This document shows positions 39,245 to 52,992 of a DNA stretch of 64,000 nt, piece after piece. The notes below the pieces were generated by a model. The model did not search any database. It saw nothing but the letters and a program-made list of their open reading frames with translations, and was not told the DNA's origin. Source of the DNA: Tubulanus polymorphus (taxonomy: Eukaryota > Animalia > Nemertea). The stretch lies in assembly GCF_964204645.1 (NCBI RefSeq), contig NC_134028.1, positions 6,448,001-6,512,000 of the forward strand, read 5' to 3'. Position numbers and translations under genes: made by a program. Within the stretch, counting starts at the first letter, position 1; the number at the start of each line of letters is the position of its first letter.

Positions 39245-39502
39245 CAGGGTCGGATCCTAGGCGAGGGTGCAGGGTTGCGTAGCTCCCCCATAAACGACGT
39301 GAAGTTGTCCAAAAATTCAACAGCAAAGTGAAATATGTTAACTGACGCCCAAAAAAATTAAATTGTTTAGAAAAATCCATATGCTTGTTCTCTGCATTTC
39401 CAAAATTGAGTTTTCCGTTGAGCTTTCTTTCAGTGTGTAAGCTTTAAGTTATATGAATCAGAATCATTAAACCCCGAATCAGGCACTGTAGATCCGACCC
39501 TG
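39245..39502. mobile_element. hAT-like MITE with a 5-bp TSD
   Basis: TIR CAGGGTCGGATC...GATCCGACCCTG. The direct repeat TTATC is at 39240-39244 and 39503-39507. Confidence 0.75.
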
Positions 39503-39541
39503 TTATCTAACTAAGTTCGTTTTCACTGATATATCCAGAAT

Positions 39542-39981
39542 CGGTCATCCTTATTACCGAGATGATGTATTTTACCGAGATGAACCGAGATCAACCGAGA
39601 TGAAATTAAATATAACATATTTATTTATTCCATATCGATTTTAACCATTGAAATCATATCATATCAGTAATAAATGCCTGCTGGGTTCATATTTTACATA
39701 TTTTGTCGGATATTTTTGGAAAAATAACTTTTAACTTTACCGAGATGAGATCGTCGATCAATCAAATTCAATGAAATTTTATTGCTAACCGAGTTTACGT
39801 TTTTGAAGTCAAAATTTTTTTAAATAAAAAAATATGTAAAATATGACTCTAGGAGGTATTTATTATTGATATAACATGATTTCAAGTGTTAAAATCGATA
39901 AGGAATAAATAAATATGTTATATTTAATTTCATCTCGGTTGATCTCGGTAAAATACATCATCTCGGTAATAAGGATGACCC
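39542..39981. mobile_element. Long-TIR foldback MITE with an imperfect 8-bp TSD
   Basis: GGTCATCCTTATTACCGAGATGATGTATTTTACCGAGAT... is mirrored at the right end over about 170-190 bp, with repeated ACCGAGAT motifs. The flanks are TCCAGAAT / TCGAGAAT. Confidence 0.8.
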
Positions 39982-42900
39982 TCGAGAATTATCCATCAGA
40001 TCTAGATTTCTATTCTCAACCTAATGAAATTAAATGCCTAATACCAAATATCCGGGACTGTGGAACAGGTCCCAAGTTTCATTAATAGCATTTGCATTAA
40101 TAGCAACTTATACGTATAGGCAAAAAATCTTTGGTTTAAATGAAAGCAAAACAAAACTTGATTCAGTGAACTAAAATAAGGTTCAAACACAAAATCCTAG
40201 AAAAGGATTTGCCAAAATTCGAAGAAAACTGAAAACTACACATAATCACTAAGTTGGAACACCGTGGTTCCCATGATTAAACCTCTGTCCGAGATGGTGA
40301 GAATATTAGAGAGAAATTTACCTTTCGTATCGATGAGTTATTTCCACATTAGACCAAAATAAAAACTGTCGAGTTAAATATCAGATATCCACGATAGACT
40401 TCCAAGATGAAACGATGTTTCGTGCGTGAGCATCCACAGTTATCTGTCAAACGGGCATTCACCTTTCCATCCATACCACCCTATCAATTAGATGGCCATT
40501 CAAACCAGACAGCCAATCAAATAATCCCGCTCTACGCATGACGTTTTCGAAAAGGTTCGCGCGTTTCTGATTACGCCAGACTTGAAATTGACGGATGCCA
40601 GTTATTTCCGAGACGAATGGCTCGACGTTTTTGCACGTTTTCATTAAACCGTTTAATTACGTCAGATAATAAGGCGTTTTCGTGATAAAATCACGACCGC
40701 AAGACCCACGTATTCTATAGCCCCAGACTTAGACGTGTCAAATATCGAATTTGGCGCTATAGAGAAATTTGATCTACAGCTTAGGCCCTACATTACGAAT
40801 TGTTGCCTAATATTCCATCTTACTCTCTATTTTGACGGAGAAAATTTCGATGATGTACAACATGGCATAAAGAATTTTGATATTAGTTCATATATATCAG
40901 TGAAACTGGGGTCCTGGAAATATGTATCTAATTATGTGGAGAATCCGCATCATAGCAACGCTATTTCGTTGTTTTGGAAGACGTTATACGACGTAACCTC
41001 CGTAATGTAAACAAATCCATCAGCGAGGAATTGATGACGTAATCTTAGGCTTCTTCACCGTAAAGTACGGCTATTAAGTTATTATTGTTTGGTCATTTGG
41101 ATTTAGCTTCGTACTTTTATTTCTATTTTGAGAGAGAGAGGGAGCGAACGATACAAGGGTTTTTGCCACCCCGGGCGAAAATCCCGTAAAATCCATTTCA
41201 AAACGATTACAAGCCCTATTTTGCCCAGGATGGTCTATTCTAGATGAATAGCACTTTCACTCAGCATGTTTCCGTTTCCACTTTTGATCGCGATAATCCG
41301 CATTATCGTTAATCACTGTCTACTTAAAAGAATACCCCGTTAATCCGTGGCAGGTGCGCCATCGTGGTATCTCAATTAATTAAGACGTTCCAAACAGTTG
41401 TGTGACTTCGACAAAGACTTCGATCAGAGATCATGCGAATATGTTACGTCATTGATTAAGTTTCAGGACTGAACATTCGTAGACCAGTCAGTTGTATGGA
41501 CACAAATTACTATGTTAGAAAACAAAGGCGCCATATTCTAACTGGAAGCCCCCATTTAGTCTTCTGTTAGACAATTAGACCTTTTTGAAATCACCAATCC
41601 ACCAATAATTAGCCTTCCCGAGATTAAGGCTTTTTCGGGTGAATCAGAATCGACATTGTAATGTTCATATTGTACCTCCACATGAATATCAACCCAATGT
41701 CTTTCTTCATGATGGAATCAATTTAGCCATATAATCAGTAATTTTAAGCTTATGCTTAAATCCCAGGTTTAGGACTTTCATTTCTATATCTCCCGTAAAG
41801 GAACAAACACTAAGTGCCCCAAATCGGAGGACCTGTCCGAAGACTATTGGATGAGAACTGAATGTACGAAGACTAAATATATTGAACTCATTCAACGAAG
41901 GAATAATCTCAACCGCTGAGATTAAAAAACCGTCGAACAGAATACAGAAATACTTCGAAAAGCTTGGTATATCGGATCAGAAGATATCTATCTGTGTTAT
42001 AATGTCGGTGCATTCGACATTTAAATTTTCGTCGTTTTATAACCGCAATGGATACATAAAAATGCCACGAAAGTAGTGCTCATTACATAGAGATAAATCT
42101 GAAAACAACGTCGTTATTATCATCGCCGAAACAAACACTTAAGTGTCAAAACGAAACCCTCTTGACACTCTCTAGATATCATTGATATCTGGAGATGCGC
42201 ATTTATCATTATGATGAATGCGAATTGTACAGGTGAATTATGGAAATATTTGTACACCGGAAAGGCATGTTTGCACAGTCTGACTGACCACGATTCTGGG
42301 CATAAAATGTTGATTGTTGTGCTAGACCGCGTAGAAGCCTCAGAATATGTGCGATTATAGCAATCGTATGCCTTTTGAATGAACATGCGGGACACGTGAG
42401 TCCAAATACACATATAATTTATACTTTCTAGGTTTGAAACCAGGGAAACACCCCTCTTCCAAAGTATCGTCGTGAAACCTTATACACGGGTAGTGATAAA
42501 AACTGCGTTCAGACATACGTATGAATTCACAAACGGAAAAAGATCAATATCGACATAAAACTTTGAGCCAGAACCGTGATCTGTAAACGATCCCTAGATG
42601 AAATGATTTGGCATGACATATATAGGGTATGAGGTAAAAATTGCCTGGGTAAAAATCCCCTCGGTAAAAATCCTCAATTCTTCAATGTAGTGATGGCCAA
42701 AATGATGTATAGTCTTAAGTCTTTCATTTGAATATAACTACCAACAATTTTGCATGACGATACAATAAATGGTACGAAGCCTACATTGAACTCCATTCAT
42801 TACCAAAACGTAAAGGCCCAAATCTCTTGAAATATTAATTTCTCCCATAAACATAAACGTATGTGGCGATAATAAAAATTTGAAAATTCGCTAGTAACAA

Positions 42901-45900
42901 CAGTTTCGTTTCCGCAGACGATTGTTCGTTCAAATAACAGATTAATATATGATAACGTATTCCTTTATGCGTTGATTAATATTAATTGGTTCGAGGATCG
43001 ACGGGTGAATTTAGATCGGAACCCCCCGCGCCGTGTCGCTGAGAGCAAAATACGATAACTTATTATGTTCGGTAAATTAGCCCTGAATAGACGCCGGCCT
43101 CAAACGCGATGTCATTAAAACTGAGATGCATCTTCGGGCTTCAATTCAAAGTGTGAAATCCCATTGCGATTTGCAGTCGGTTGGTAAACAATTATACAGC
43201 ATGCGATTGGCTGACCGGTCAACAGAAGCAGCTAACAAATACATTCCGTTGGTGTATAAAGAAAATGTATTTGTCGTTTTCGCTGTTAAATGAATTTTTT
43301 GAATCGTATTTTGATAGTTTGAATTGATAGTTTTATTTTACGTACGGTATAATATCTATACAAAAACGATTAGGAAACTCGTTTTAATGCGTTATTTCCG
43401 TATAATTCTCTCTTCGCAAACAACCATGGGCAACCATCAAATAGATTTACTATTCGACGGTGAGATTTTATGGTAGGCAAATTATGTCCGAATTCGCTCC
43501 AGAGTGGATGCAAAGTGGACCACCAACGATGCCGACGAAAATTCGACGCATCTCCTTGATGTCCATTTCCCCTGGTAAAGCTGTCCAATATCTCTTGAGT
43601 CCTTGCAAAGATAATCAAGTAAGTTGAAAATGATGAAATCTAAAAAAAGGTTCGTCAACTTATGATGTATGTAACATTCTAAAAACCATCTTGTCACTAT
43701 GTAGCGTGACATGATCAAATATAGGGCATCATCTGATATCCTCTGCTGTCGTCGGAGGTTAGCAAGGGCAGGTGACACTATCTCTGGGAAGCGAGGGGAA
43801 CAGATGTCAAAGTGTTTAATAAGTAACGCTATAATTTGACTTCTCTCCGGGGTTTTCGCCGAATATGGATCACAATGCAATAATAAGAAGTCTACCTTCG
43901 GCGCAGCCAAAAATTTTGCTCAAATTTAATTAGTCTCGGTAATTGGCAATTAGGCGAAGATCACATTAGCGGTGATGCGGGACAACAGGTGTTTAAGCAC
44001 CATCCCTGTCATCCCCAGGTGAAAATAAATATTACTCTATATACCCAAGAGAAGCAATCATCTTTTTTTCACTGAAACAAATTCTCTTTTCTGATGAAGA
44101 CGCATTTTGATAATCCGATCTTGAATGAGTTTTTTACCCTCACTCAGGATTTAGACTTGTAACACGTTTTTAAATCAGTTCTGCAAAAGCAGCTTGATGC
44201 AACTGTAGTTACAGAATAAATTTGTTAAGGTTGTGGGAGTGTGGGTTGATTCTATATTTGTCGCCCATCGTAACAGAACTTCAAAGGTTTTTCTAATCTT
44301 AGAATAGGGATTGACCCTGTTTTTTATTTGGTTGGTAGATTTCGTTTGATATTTCTTAATTTATGGTGTCCCTTTCAAACTTACCACGCCTGCATTTTAT
44401 TTTAGTTTTTATTTTGCTCAATAGACCAATAGCACAGACACAAAAATATAGAACTGGTTCCAATTTCTGGTAGATCTTTGAAGGAATAATCTTAATTTTT
44501 GCAACGTTTTTTTATTCTAAACTAGGATCATTTACGCAACGAACTGATAACTGAAGTAAGTAAAACCGGATTAAACTTCTTTGTTGCATCAACGGTGTTA
44601 GACAGATCGCATTAAATCTAATTACACTTTGATGTTCAAGCGTGGCAGGCGATAAACTGCTACTGGGACAGATAACGGGTCGAGCTGGGTGGCGACTGAT
44701 GATAGCGACAGTGTGAAAAGTGAGAAGCGATTTCGCTCTCGAGCAGCGAAGATATCCGATAAGCGGTTTATAACGCTTATCAAATAAGCCGTCGTGATTT
44801 ACGATAGTGTTTTGAAAGTTTGAAATTGTACGAGGACCCTCGAATGAAAATGATGTATGTATGTGAGCGACTGAATGGGTGTCATGCTACTGAAACAGTA
44901 GAATAGCCACTTCTGGCGAGGAGAATACTATAATACTAAGTTTATAACCCAAGGTTATAATAATAAAGGCTAATAAAAGTTTGTGTCTTTAAAATCGATA
45001 TAATCACAGATTTTGCTTGGCTTCTCTATAAGCACTACCATATGAGGATTCCTAAGTACTACTCGAAACTATATAACGAAATATCAAACCCTAGTTGTTC
45101 GGCTTAGATTTAATTTCTCAAAAATTGTTGTTGATTTTCCACTTAATATTCTACACAGTTACAACTTCATCCGCATTTTTTGATTCATTTAGAAACACAA
45201 CATACGAATTCATACGATCTTTTTGCCAATATTTGCTTATTGATACTTATGATAGGGATTAAGCTGAAGTAAAACTCCATTGAGAATGAATTTGAATCAT
45301 AGATTTACTCACATTTAATTTGACGAAGTCGTTTGTTGAAGTTAATTTAACACTGATCCAGAGACGACGTTGTTATATATATCCTCGCTGGTCGCTCCAC
45401 GCCGCGCGACAGTCGATTGAAATTCCCACGACTTTCCCGACAACACTCTCTCTCTTATCTCACTTTACTTTCCGATTATTAAGCCACTTATCATTCAAAT
45501 TAACAAATAAACGATGCGATGTCAGCCGAAAAGATTAGCGACGAATACTCAATTTCTACGTCTCGTTGTCAGGAAGTGCTTTGATATGGATTTGAGAACG
45601 TCGGAATAGTAGCTAAAACGGTAGTGCTCGGTGTACTGGTGAAGGTTATCTTAGCTTAAGTCCGGCTTGATTAAATGCCTTTCGTATTTTGCCTAACGAC
45701 ATTATCCGGGTTGAGATCCGTCTTCACTATCGGGAATATAATCTATCGTCTGCCATAAAGTTGAAATGTAGCATTATCCTTTCAAAAATGACACCGTATA
45801 GCAATTTAACCCCTATCGGGATGTCAATAGGCCCAGGCGCCATTAAAACCTCATAATTGCCCGTTACCAGCGCCCTAAACAGAGAACAGCTACGACACGG

Positions 45901-47851
45901 TTAAGTAATATAAACGAAATGTATAGTATTCTTTAAATTATCAAATTGTAGCTAATTGTCACCTTGGTCGCGGATTCACGCAGATTTCATTAATATCGCA
46001 AGCAACAATTGATTTCTCTGAATCCCGCGAAGATAGCACGGCCGATAGACAAAACAAAACATCTGACCTAACAAGTCAAAATCATGACGTGCCTCCAGGT
46101 CTGTCACTAGGCCTACCTCACCATATTGTACCGGTGTTTGCGATAACGGGTCCGTTTATTAGGTAGCGTCGATTTTTACAGGCTTAGAAACTGATAAAAA
46201 CGACGATAAACGCAAGGAATTTTAAAATTTAAAGTGAACTTTTGAACAAATGATCATGGGTTTTGCGCTATTTTTTTCCATGTTCATCGAATGATTTTTT
46301 GGAAAATGATCTTAGCGCAACTTTTGCTTCCAAAAAGAATTTGATAGATTTCTTATCATCGCTTATTTCTTTTTGGATGCATATGACTGTGTAGGCCTAC
46401 GGAGAAAAGTCTATGATGGGCAAAATGTACTTTTCGGGACCCAAGTAATACTATATGAACCGTTATAGAAACCGCGTGGGATGACAGACGAAGCTCACAC
46501 GACGTGCCCGATTCCTTTTACACAAAATGGAGTTTACTATTCACTTGGATCATCATCGACCCTTTCGTAAACCTATTCAAATATCTCTAATAAATATTAG
46601 TAATTCGTGTCGTGAAACAGGGATTTGGGCAGTAGAATTGATTCTGACATTTCCATTGTACCGTTTGTCCATTCATTGTTGCTCGAGTGGGGTCTATCGA
46701 CTCTCGGTCAGGCAGATGGTTTTTTGAAAACCATCTCAAATGCTTTCTTCAAATTACAATGACAACTCGCTGGGCGTGCGTACGATTCTCACAATTAATA
46801 AAAGCATCGACGAGATCTTGATATATTTCTAGTTAAGGTCAACGATGGACTCTAACACGTGTAAGAGTCCTTCGGTCAACGGCGTAGCCACGATCGATTC
46901 GTCCAATAGATCCGGGTTGTAAGCTCTAAGAAGACTGTTTTTATTTGTTTGATGGTGATCAAATTCTATTTTAGCAATAAATAAATTGTATTTTTCATTG
47001 TGAGTCCTCGCGATGGTCCCACAGAATCCACCAGGGATGTAGTCGTATTGCCGAGTCGTCAAACCGACCGTAGCTTGCCAACCTGAGATACAAGTCGAAG
47101 AAATTTCACCCTGAAATGCAGGGGACAGAGCTATCTAACTCAGGTATCGCAGAGAACTTGAATACTACGGCCGACTGGAATTATCGCGTCGGGACTCGCG
47201 GAATTGACCCGGGGTCTTGTGAATTGCTGCAGCCCGGACTGGCTGCACACAATCGCAGTCAAGAGGGAATCGATATTAATTCATGAAATATGTCGTAATT
47301 GCGAATCTAGCGCTTTTCGACCAGTCTTTCATTCATAAGACTTAAATGTTCCCAGCCGGCGGCGGCCCGCGAATATTCCTGATTACCGTATGGTCCTGCC
47401 ATCTGCTTTACAAAGCGGTACAGGTGGTTATTTCTAATACCAAGGTCGTTGACGAAGTAGCCGTATGAAATTTAATTTCAATATTTTTTCCGCTAATTTT
47501 GTTATTCTAAAGAAATAGATGGGAGATATGAACTGTTATTCACAAAATCTCTATTTCTGATTAGTCTAAGCAACCCAGAAATCACTGTTAAAACGTTTTC
47601 ATAGATTGTGAAACAAAATAGATAGTAAGATTGCTGTTTTCTGGTTCGTTTTCTTCCAGTTCCTGGACCTGGGCTACCACTACCAACCCATCTTCCCTCT
47701 CACTCTTCCGCGCTGTCTCTATCTGTCTGGCTGGCCCTTTCTCTGCTACTGGGCTCTGCCACTACTCTACTGCCAGAAGCTCTGATCTTTTCTACTGCAT
47801 GAAATTGATTCTGTTGCATGATCTTAATTTTGTTTTACCTTTTTGCAGAGA

Positions 47852-50800
47852 ATGAGCAGCTTAAGAGCGTTTAACCTACCACCTGCTGAAGGCATGGTAA
47901 CAATATGTGAAAGAGACGGCACAATGGCAGTTATCCCGCATGATGAAATCGAGCACACTCCAAAGGTAAACATATTACAGTACACCTCGTCTAACTTGGA
48001 CCTACTGGGACTGGCAGAATTGGTCCGAGGCAAGCAGCGTCAAAATTAGAGATAGGAAAATAAGTTATGAAGTCAGAAAAATAATTTCCTTTTTGTCTGA
48101 GTTAGTCAAAAGTCCTAGTTGTCCATGTCTGATTTAGGCGAGGTTAACTGTATTTACATTTTTAACCTAGGTTTATCAATATTTATGAATCACAAATGAA
48201 TTCAAAGATTGAATTGATTGCCTGTTCAAACCTAGATTAGTTAGGCCCTAGATTTCGAAGCTCGATAAAGTGACCGTTGCTTTTATGAATTTTATTGCAG
48301 TTATTGAATTACCCCGATGTGACCGTTTCGCGTGAAATGATGAAACCGACTTTAACGAAAGAATCGGCCCGGTCGGCGTTCATAGAACACAACGAAACCC
48401 TGCGAAGAAGAATTCTGCATGCGTGGTAATTAGAAATAATGATTGATTGAAATATACTGACAACCGCAAATCTATTTGATTGGAATGTCCTGGAACTTTG
48501 CAATTGAAAATAGAACAATTTCAACCCTTATAAACTGGTTTCAACTAGCAGACTTTCTAGTATTAAAATGTGTTCTTTGAGATAAATCTGTTTTCTTGCA
48601 GCTCATTATCAATTTGAAGATATTCCTCGGGGTTTTGATGCAGTAAATCTTGCCTTATTTAGACATGGCCAACAGACTTTTGACTAATTCGTACAAAAAC
48701 TAAACTGTATAACCTATGAAACCATATGACCAAATACTGTTATTATTGAATGATAGGTACGAACACGGTATAACAGGAGTCCTCGAAGAACTCGTCAACG
48801 AGAACAGTTCAGTATCTAAACTATCCACGTATCTGTTAGCAGCAGTTAGATGGATTAATTCGTTACATGGTTCGATGTTCCCTCATCTATCGGTGAGTTC
48901 TTTACAAACCAATCTAACTGACACTATGGTGAATTTTTTTTTCGAAACGACGGTCATTGTCTTCACTCTTTCACGATTATTAGATGTCGAGCGATGGGAT
49001 GGTAACCGAATTTTCATCGCATGCAGATTGGTGAGTACACGACTTTTTCGAAATAAAGCGTAAATTTTGATTTCTATAATTCGTTAAGTGGATTGGCTTG
49101 CAGAGATTCGTCGACAGGTTCTCTCATTCTGTAGCTGGCCTATTTCTACATTGCAGGTTGAACAGTCCGATTCGAGCGTTTGTCTGGCATCCGCATATCA
49201 TCAAATACGCCGTCTGCTTACAAGACGATTCAATACGTGTTTACAGTAAACAAACGGAAATCGTGCCAACGCTTAAACACAAATTGCAGAAAGGGGTATC
49301 GGAAGTCGCTTGGAAGTATGTTGATAATACAGATCCAAGAACTCGCTATTGTAATTCATGATTTCATGCAGCATTGAATGCAAATCAACTTTTCTTTTTA
49401 AGGCCATTTTCGGCGTCAATTCTAGCCGTTGCATGTCAGACGTGTGTGCTCATTTGGCATGTAGATCCTATGTCATTGTCAACCAGGTAATTAGAAGATG
49501 ATTTTCAGTAGAGACTTGTCCACCCGAGCTCATAGAATTAGAATATTTCTTCGTTTTGATTTTGTAGGCCATCAACCAGTTCGGTTCAGGTTCTCAGTCA
49601 GAGCGGGCATTGCCCGATTACAAGCCTCGCCTGGTGTCCAAAAGGTGGCGTTCTTGTGTCGGCATCAGCGGCTGATACAGCCATGATGGTAAATAAATTT
49701 AAATTGTACTGGTACTGCTGCTAGTTGTTATCCCATCTGAATTCGGATATAAAATGATTGAATGGATATTACAAACCAAATAACATTTGATCCAAATTGG
49801 CAAATTTGTTATGATGTTCTACTGGAAACAACCATACTATTGTAACTGTTGATGAAAAACATGCTGTCCATGCTGTATATATGAAACTCCACATTAACTA
49901 TGAAAAAAGAATTCAGAAATATTTTCCTTAAGTTAATAGTTTATTCATCTTTTCGATTCTAATAGGCCTATATATAGATAGTATTCCCGAAGATGACTAC
50001 AGTTAGAACTCACTTAATTCGGAAGTCTAGGGACTGCCTAGTTGACCCCAAATGACTCATGACTTTTTTTATTAATATAATATACAGGTATGGGACGTTG
50101 CTACGGAAGTTTGTATACCGTTACGTCGATATGGAGGGGGCGGCGTGTCACTGTTACGCTGGTCACCAGATGGCAGCAAATTACTCTCTGCGACGCCCTC
50201 GACGATTTTCCGAGTTTGGGATAGTCAAACGTGGACGTGTGAAAAGTGGTCGAAGTTAGCTGGAAGATGTCAGGTAGGTGATTATTGAGTCAGACGGTGT
50301 ATTCTGATGCGCAATGATACTTAGATTTGTGTTTGAGTTAGATGAAAATTCAACTTGGAAGGACTTTAGTCGAGAAGAGTCTACAAACAGAGTCCCTTAG
50401 ACTCCATAATTCCTTAAAAACTCCTTCATAACAGACAATGCTTTTAAAGGTGCCCGAAACTCCTTTTACCTGAGCAAAATGCCTGAGACTCCTTTAATAT
50501 ACCTTCAATTTTAAGAAATAGTCAATTAGAAATGTTTGTTGTAGTACAGTAAAGAGTTGTCAGTAACCCTGTAAGTTGTACAGGGTTTACTGAGATAAAC
50601 AGTACCGATTTAGGGGGAGTCTACAGTAATTGGGATATGAATGTGATGTAGACACTTCCTTGAAATTTTCTCCTTTTAAACTCCTTATATCCAGGAATGA
50701 CTGATCTGTAGGGACCCCAGTCACCGATCTATTAAGATTTACTCGTTTGAGTTATTTCTCATTGCTAGGTTGCTTGTTGGAATCCACAGGGAACAGTTTT

Positions 50801-51952
50801 ATTGTTCGCTACGAGAGATGAACCAACAATCTATTCGTTAACGTTTGGTAATATCGAGCAGACGTCCAGCGCGATGATCGGCGGATCAAAAATGGCGATC
50901 AGCTGTATCGACGTATCGGAAGTGGAAGTCACATCTGGCGGCAATGAAACAATAAGGTTTGTTGATTCCGGAGGGATTTAGGGAAAACCTTGTTACATCA
51001 TTCAAACTTCTGACTGTAGTAAACTCTAGTTTGATGTATCATCTTTGAATTAATTTGAACTTTCAAATTCTTAGAAAATTAGTTCATTTTCATGAGGATT
51101 CTTGATTCGAATTCAACTCCAGTGTCAAACTGATCTCACCATAATGGATTAGATCCAGCTTTAAACTCAGTTAGCTCTAACTGCAGAATTTACAACAGTA
51201 TTCCACTCGGCACAATTCAGAAATCTTCAATTTAGATAAGATTTGGTGCTTTGTACTTTGACCCTGATGCTGAACTGGCAAAACTATTAGATTCATTATT
51301 TGTTCTTTTCGATTTGATCAGGGTTGGAGGAACGGTGCATTCAATGGTTTGGGATCCGACTGGTGAACGTTTGGCTGTTCAATTCACAGGTAAGAATCGA
51401 AATTACATGTGACCCTTTACTAGAAGATATTTTAAAAATGTATCTATTATGAATGATTATTCATCTCAGACAATGGTGAAAATGGTTCGAGTTTGGTTGT
51501 GCTGTTCAGAACAAAGGTTCATAATATGATTGAAATTATTCCTTGGTAAGTTTGAATTTTATTTTGCAAACAATCGTTTTTCATTATACCTTTAAAAGCG
51601 AATATGCATGATTATTTGCTTATATTTTTCTAGTGGATTTATCCGAGGCCATCCGGGCGAAAAACCTCATCTGATCAGTTTTCAACCCGATTTCGACAAA
51701 GGCGCCGTGCTGACCGTGGTAAGCATTATCTCACCAAAAAATTACTGTCCAGAGACCTTGGCTCGATGAGTTAATTTGCATAAATTTTTTTTACAGGTTT
51801 GGTCAAGCGGAAGAGTAGCGTTTATTCCTCTGTATTATATCCCCATGAACTCGATGAATCCACATTCGATTTACCGGAATTTACCGACCAACGGACACAT
51901 ACATCAAACAGAATTATTCACCGATCGACTCAATCCTTCAGCACCGAGTTAA
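47852..51952 (+). CDS. AAAS: Aladin (WD40 nucleoporin), 13 coding exons, ~514 aa
   Basis: Exons 47852-47965, 48301-48425, 48757-48892, 48984-49030, 49157-49315, 49403-49486, 49568-49688, 50088-50273, 50769-50956, 51322-51389, 51470-51545, 51634-51718, 51797-51952 (1545 nt, in frame). Aladin motifs: '[11 protein letters not shown]', 'IRAFVWHPH', 'LKHKLQKGV', '[15 protein letters not shown]', '[12 protein letters not shown]', '[15 protein letters not shown]'. AATAAA near 52008. Confidence 0.95.
50399..50660 (+). repeat. Dispersed repeat family (GACTCC...AATGCTTTTAAA...GAAACTCCT...ATTAGAAA)
   Basis: Recognisable copies at ~50399-50660 (AAAS intron), ~57236-57385 and ~63172-63470 (UBE2O introns). 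Confidence 0.6.
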
Positions 51953-52856
51953 TACTTCTTCAGACGCTACCATTTCTAAAATTATTGTCAACCTAAAGTG
52001 CATTTCAAATAAATATATTGTGATATTACTAGAATTTCATGTTCATGTTTTCATGTACTTCACGGTAGACTTGCAGATGGTTTCACAAGCGGATTATGAA
52101 CGTCGGTGGATAATGCAATAGCAGAAGACTCCTTGGGTTGCGAAGAACCGATAGATTTTCTCTCTGAGGAAACCAATCCTGGGTGGGAGTTCCGGTAATA
52201 AACAATTCGGAAAGCAACTTTTTCGAATATCAATATTTCATCGGTTTTATTTTCAAAAGATATGCACACGCGCAAAAACTTAAAAAGAAACGTAGGTTAG
52301 ACATTCATTAAACATCGACAACATCATGACAAAAAACCAAAAAAGGTGCTCGCTAACGCATTTGTGCTTTTAAATTACTAATGTATGATACATATTATTT
52401 ACAACAGTTTTATTCATAACTGGGCGAAAGATTTCTATGAAGAGAAACACAAAAATGTCTTTCCTTAAATGAAAAACAGTCTGTGGTCAAAATTTGATTT
52501 TTGTCGAAAAGGAACTTGTTCTAGATATTGATTACGAACACAGAATGCTACCATGGAAGAACCAGAGAACCGGCAATTTTGGTCTTCCTGATCTATTAAA
52601 TCTTAACTACATGTTGTACTGGTAGAAATCTGGCTGTGTAGACATCATAGAAGCCGATATTACGAAAACACAAAAAACTAATACGTGATTTTATAATACA
52701 ATATTAGTGACAGTGAGCTCTCTAGGCATAGATAGATAAGAAGATCGTACAATATATCAATATCGAGATTCTAACTCAAAGGTATTTTAGTCGAATGAAA
52801 ACCAGTGCATTTCTACAAAGGATATTAACAAAATCTCTTTGTAACTAAGTGTCAAG

Positions 52857-52992
52857 CACAGGGGCTCGTATTTGGGGTGAATAGCAGCTTAGATCATCCA
52901 ATATCCCAGGTACTATTTCTTTTTATATAGTACCTGGGATATTGGATGATTTTAGGTACTATTCACCTCAAACGCAAATACGAGCCCTAGTG
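52857..52992. mobile_element. Small fully palindromic MITE
   Basis: CAC(A)GGGGCTCGTATTTG...ATCATCCAATATCCCAGGTACTAT mirrors ATAGTACCTGGGATATTGGATGAT...CAAATACGAGCCCTAGTG. The flanks are GTGTCAAG / CTGTCAAG. Confidence 0.7.
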
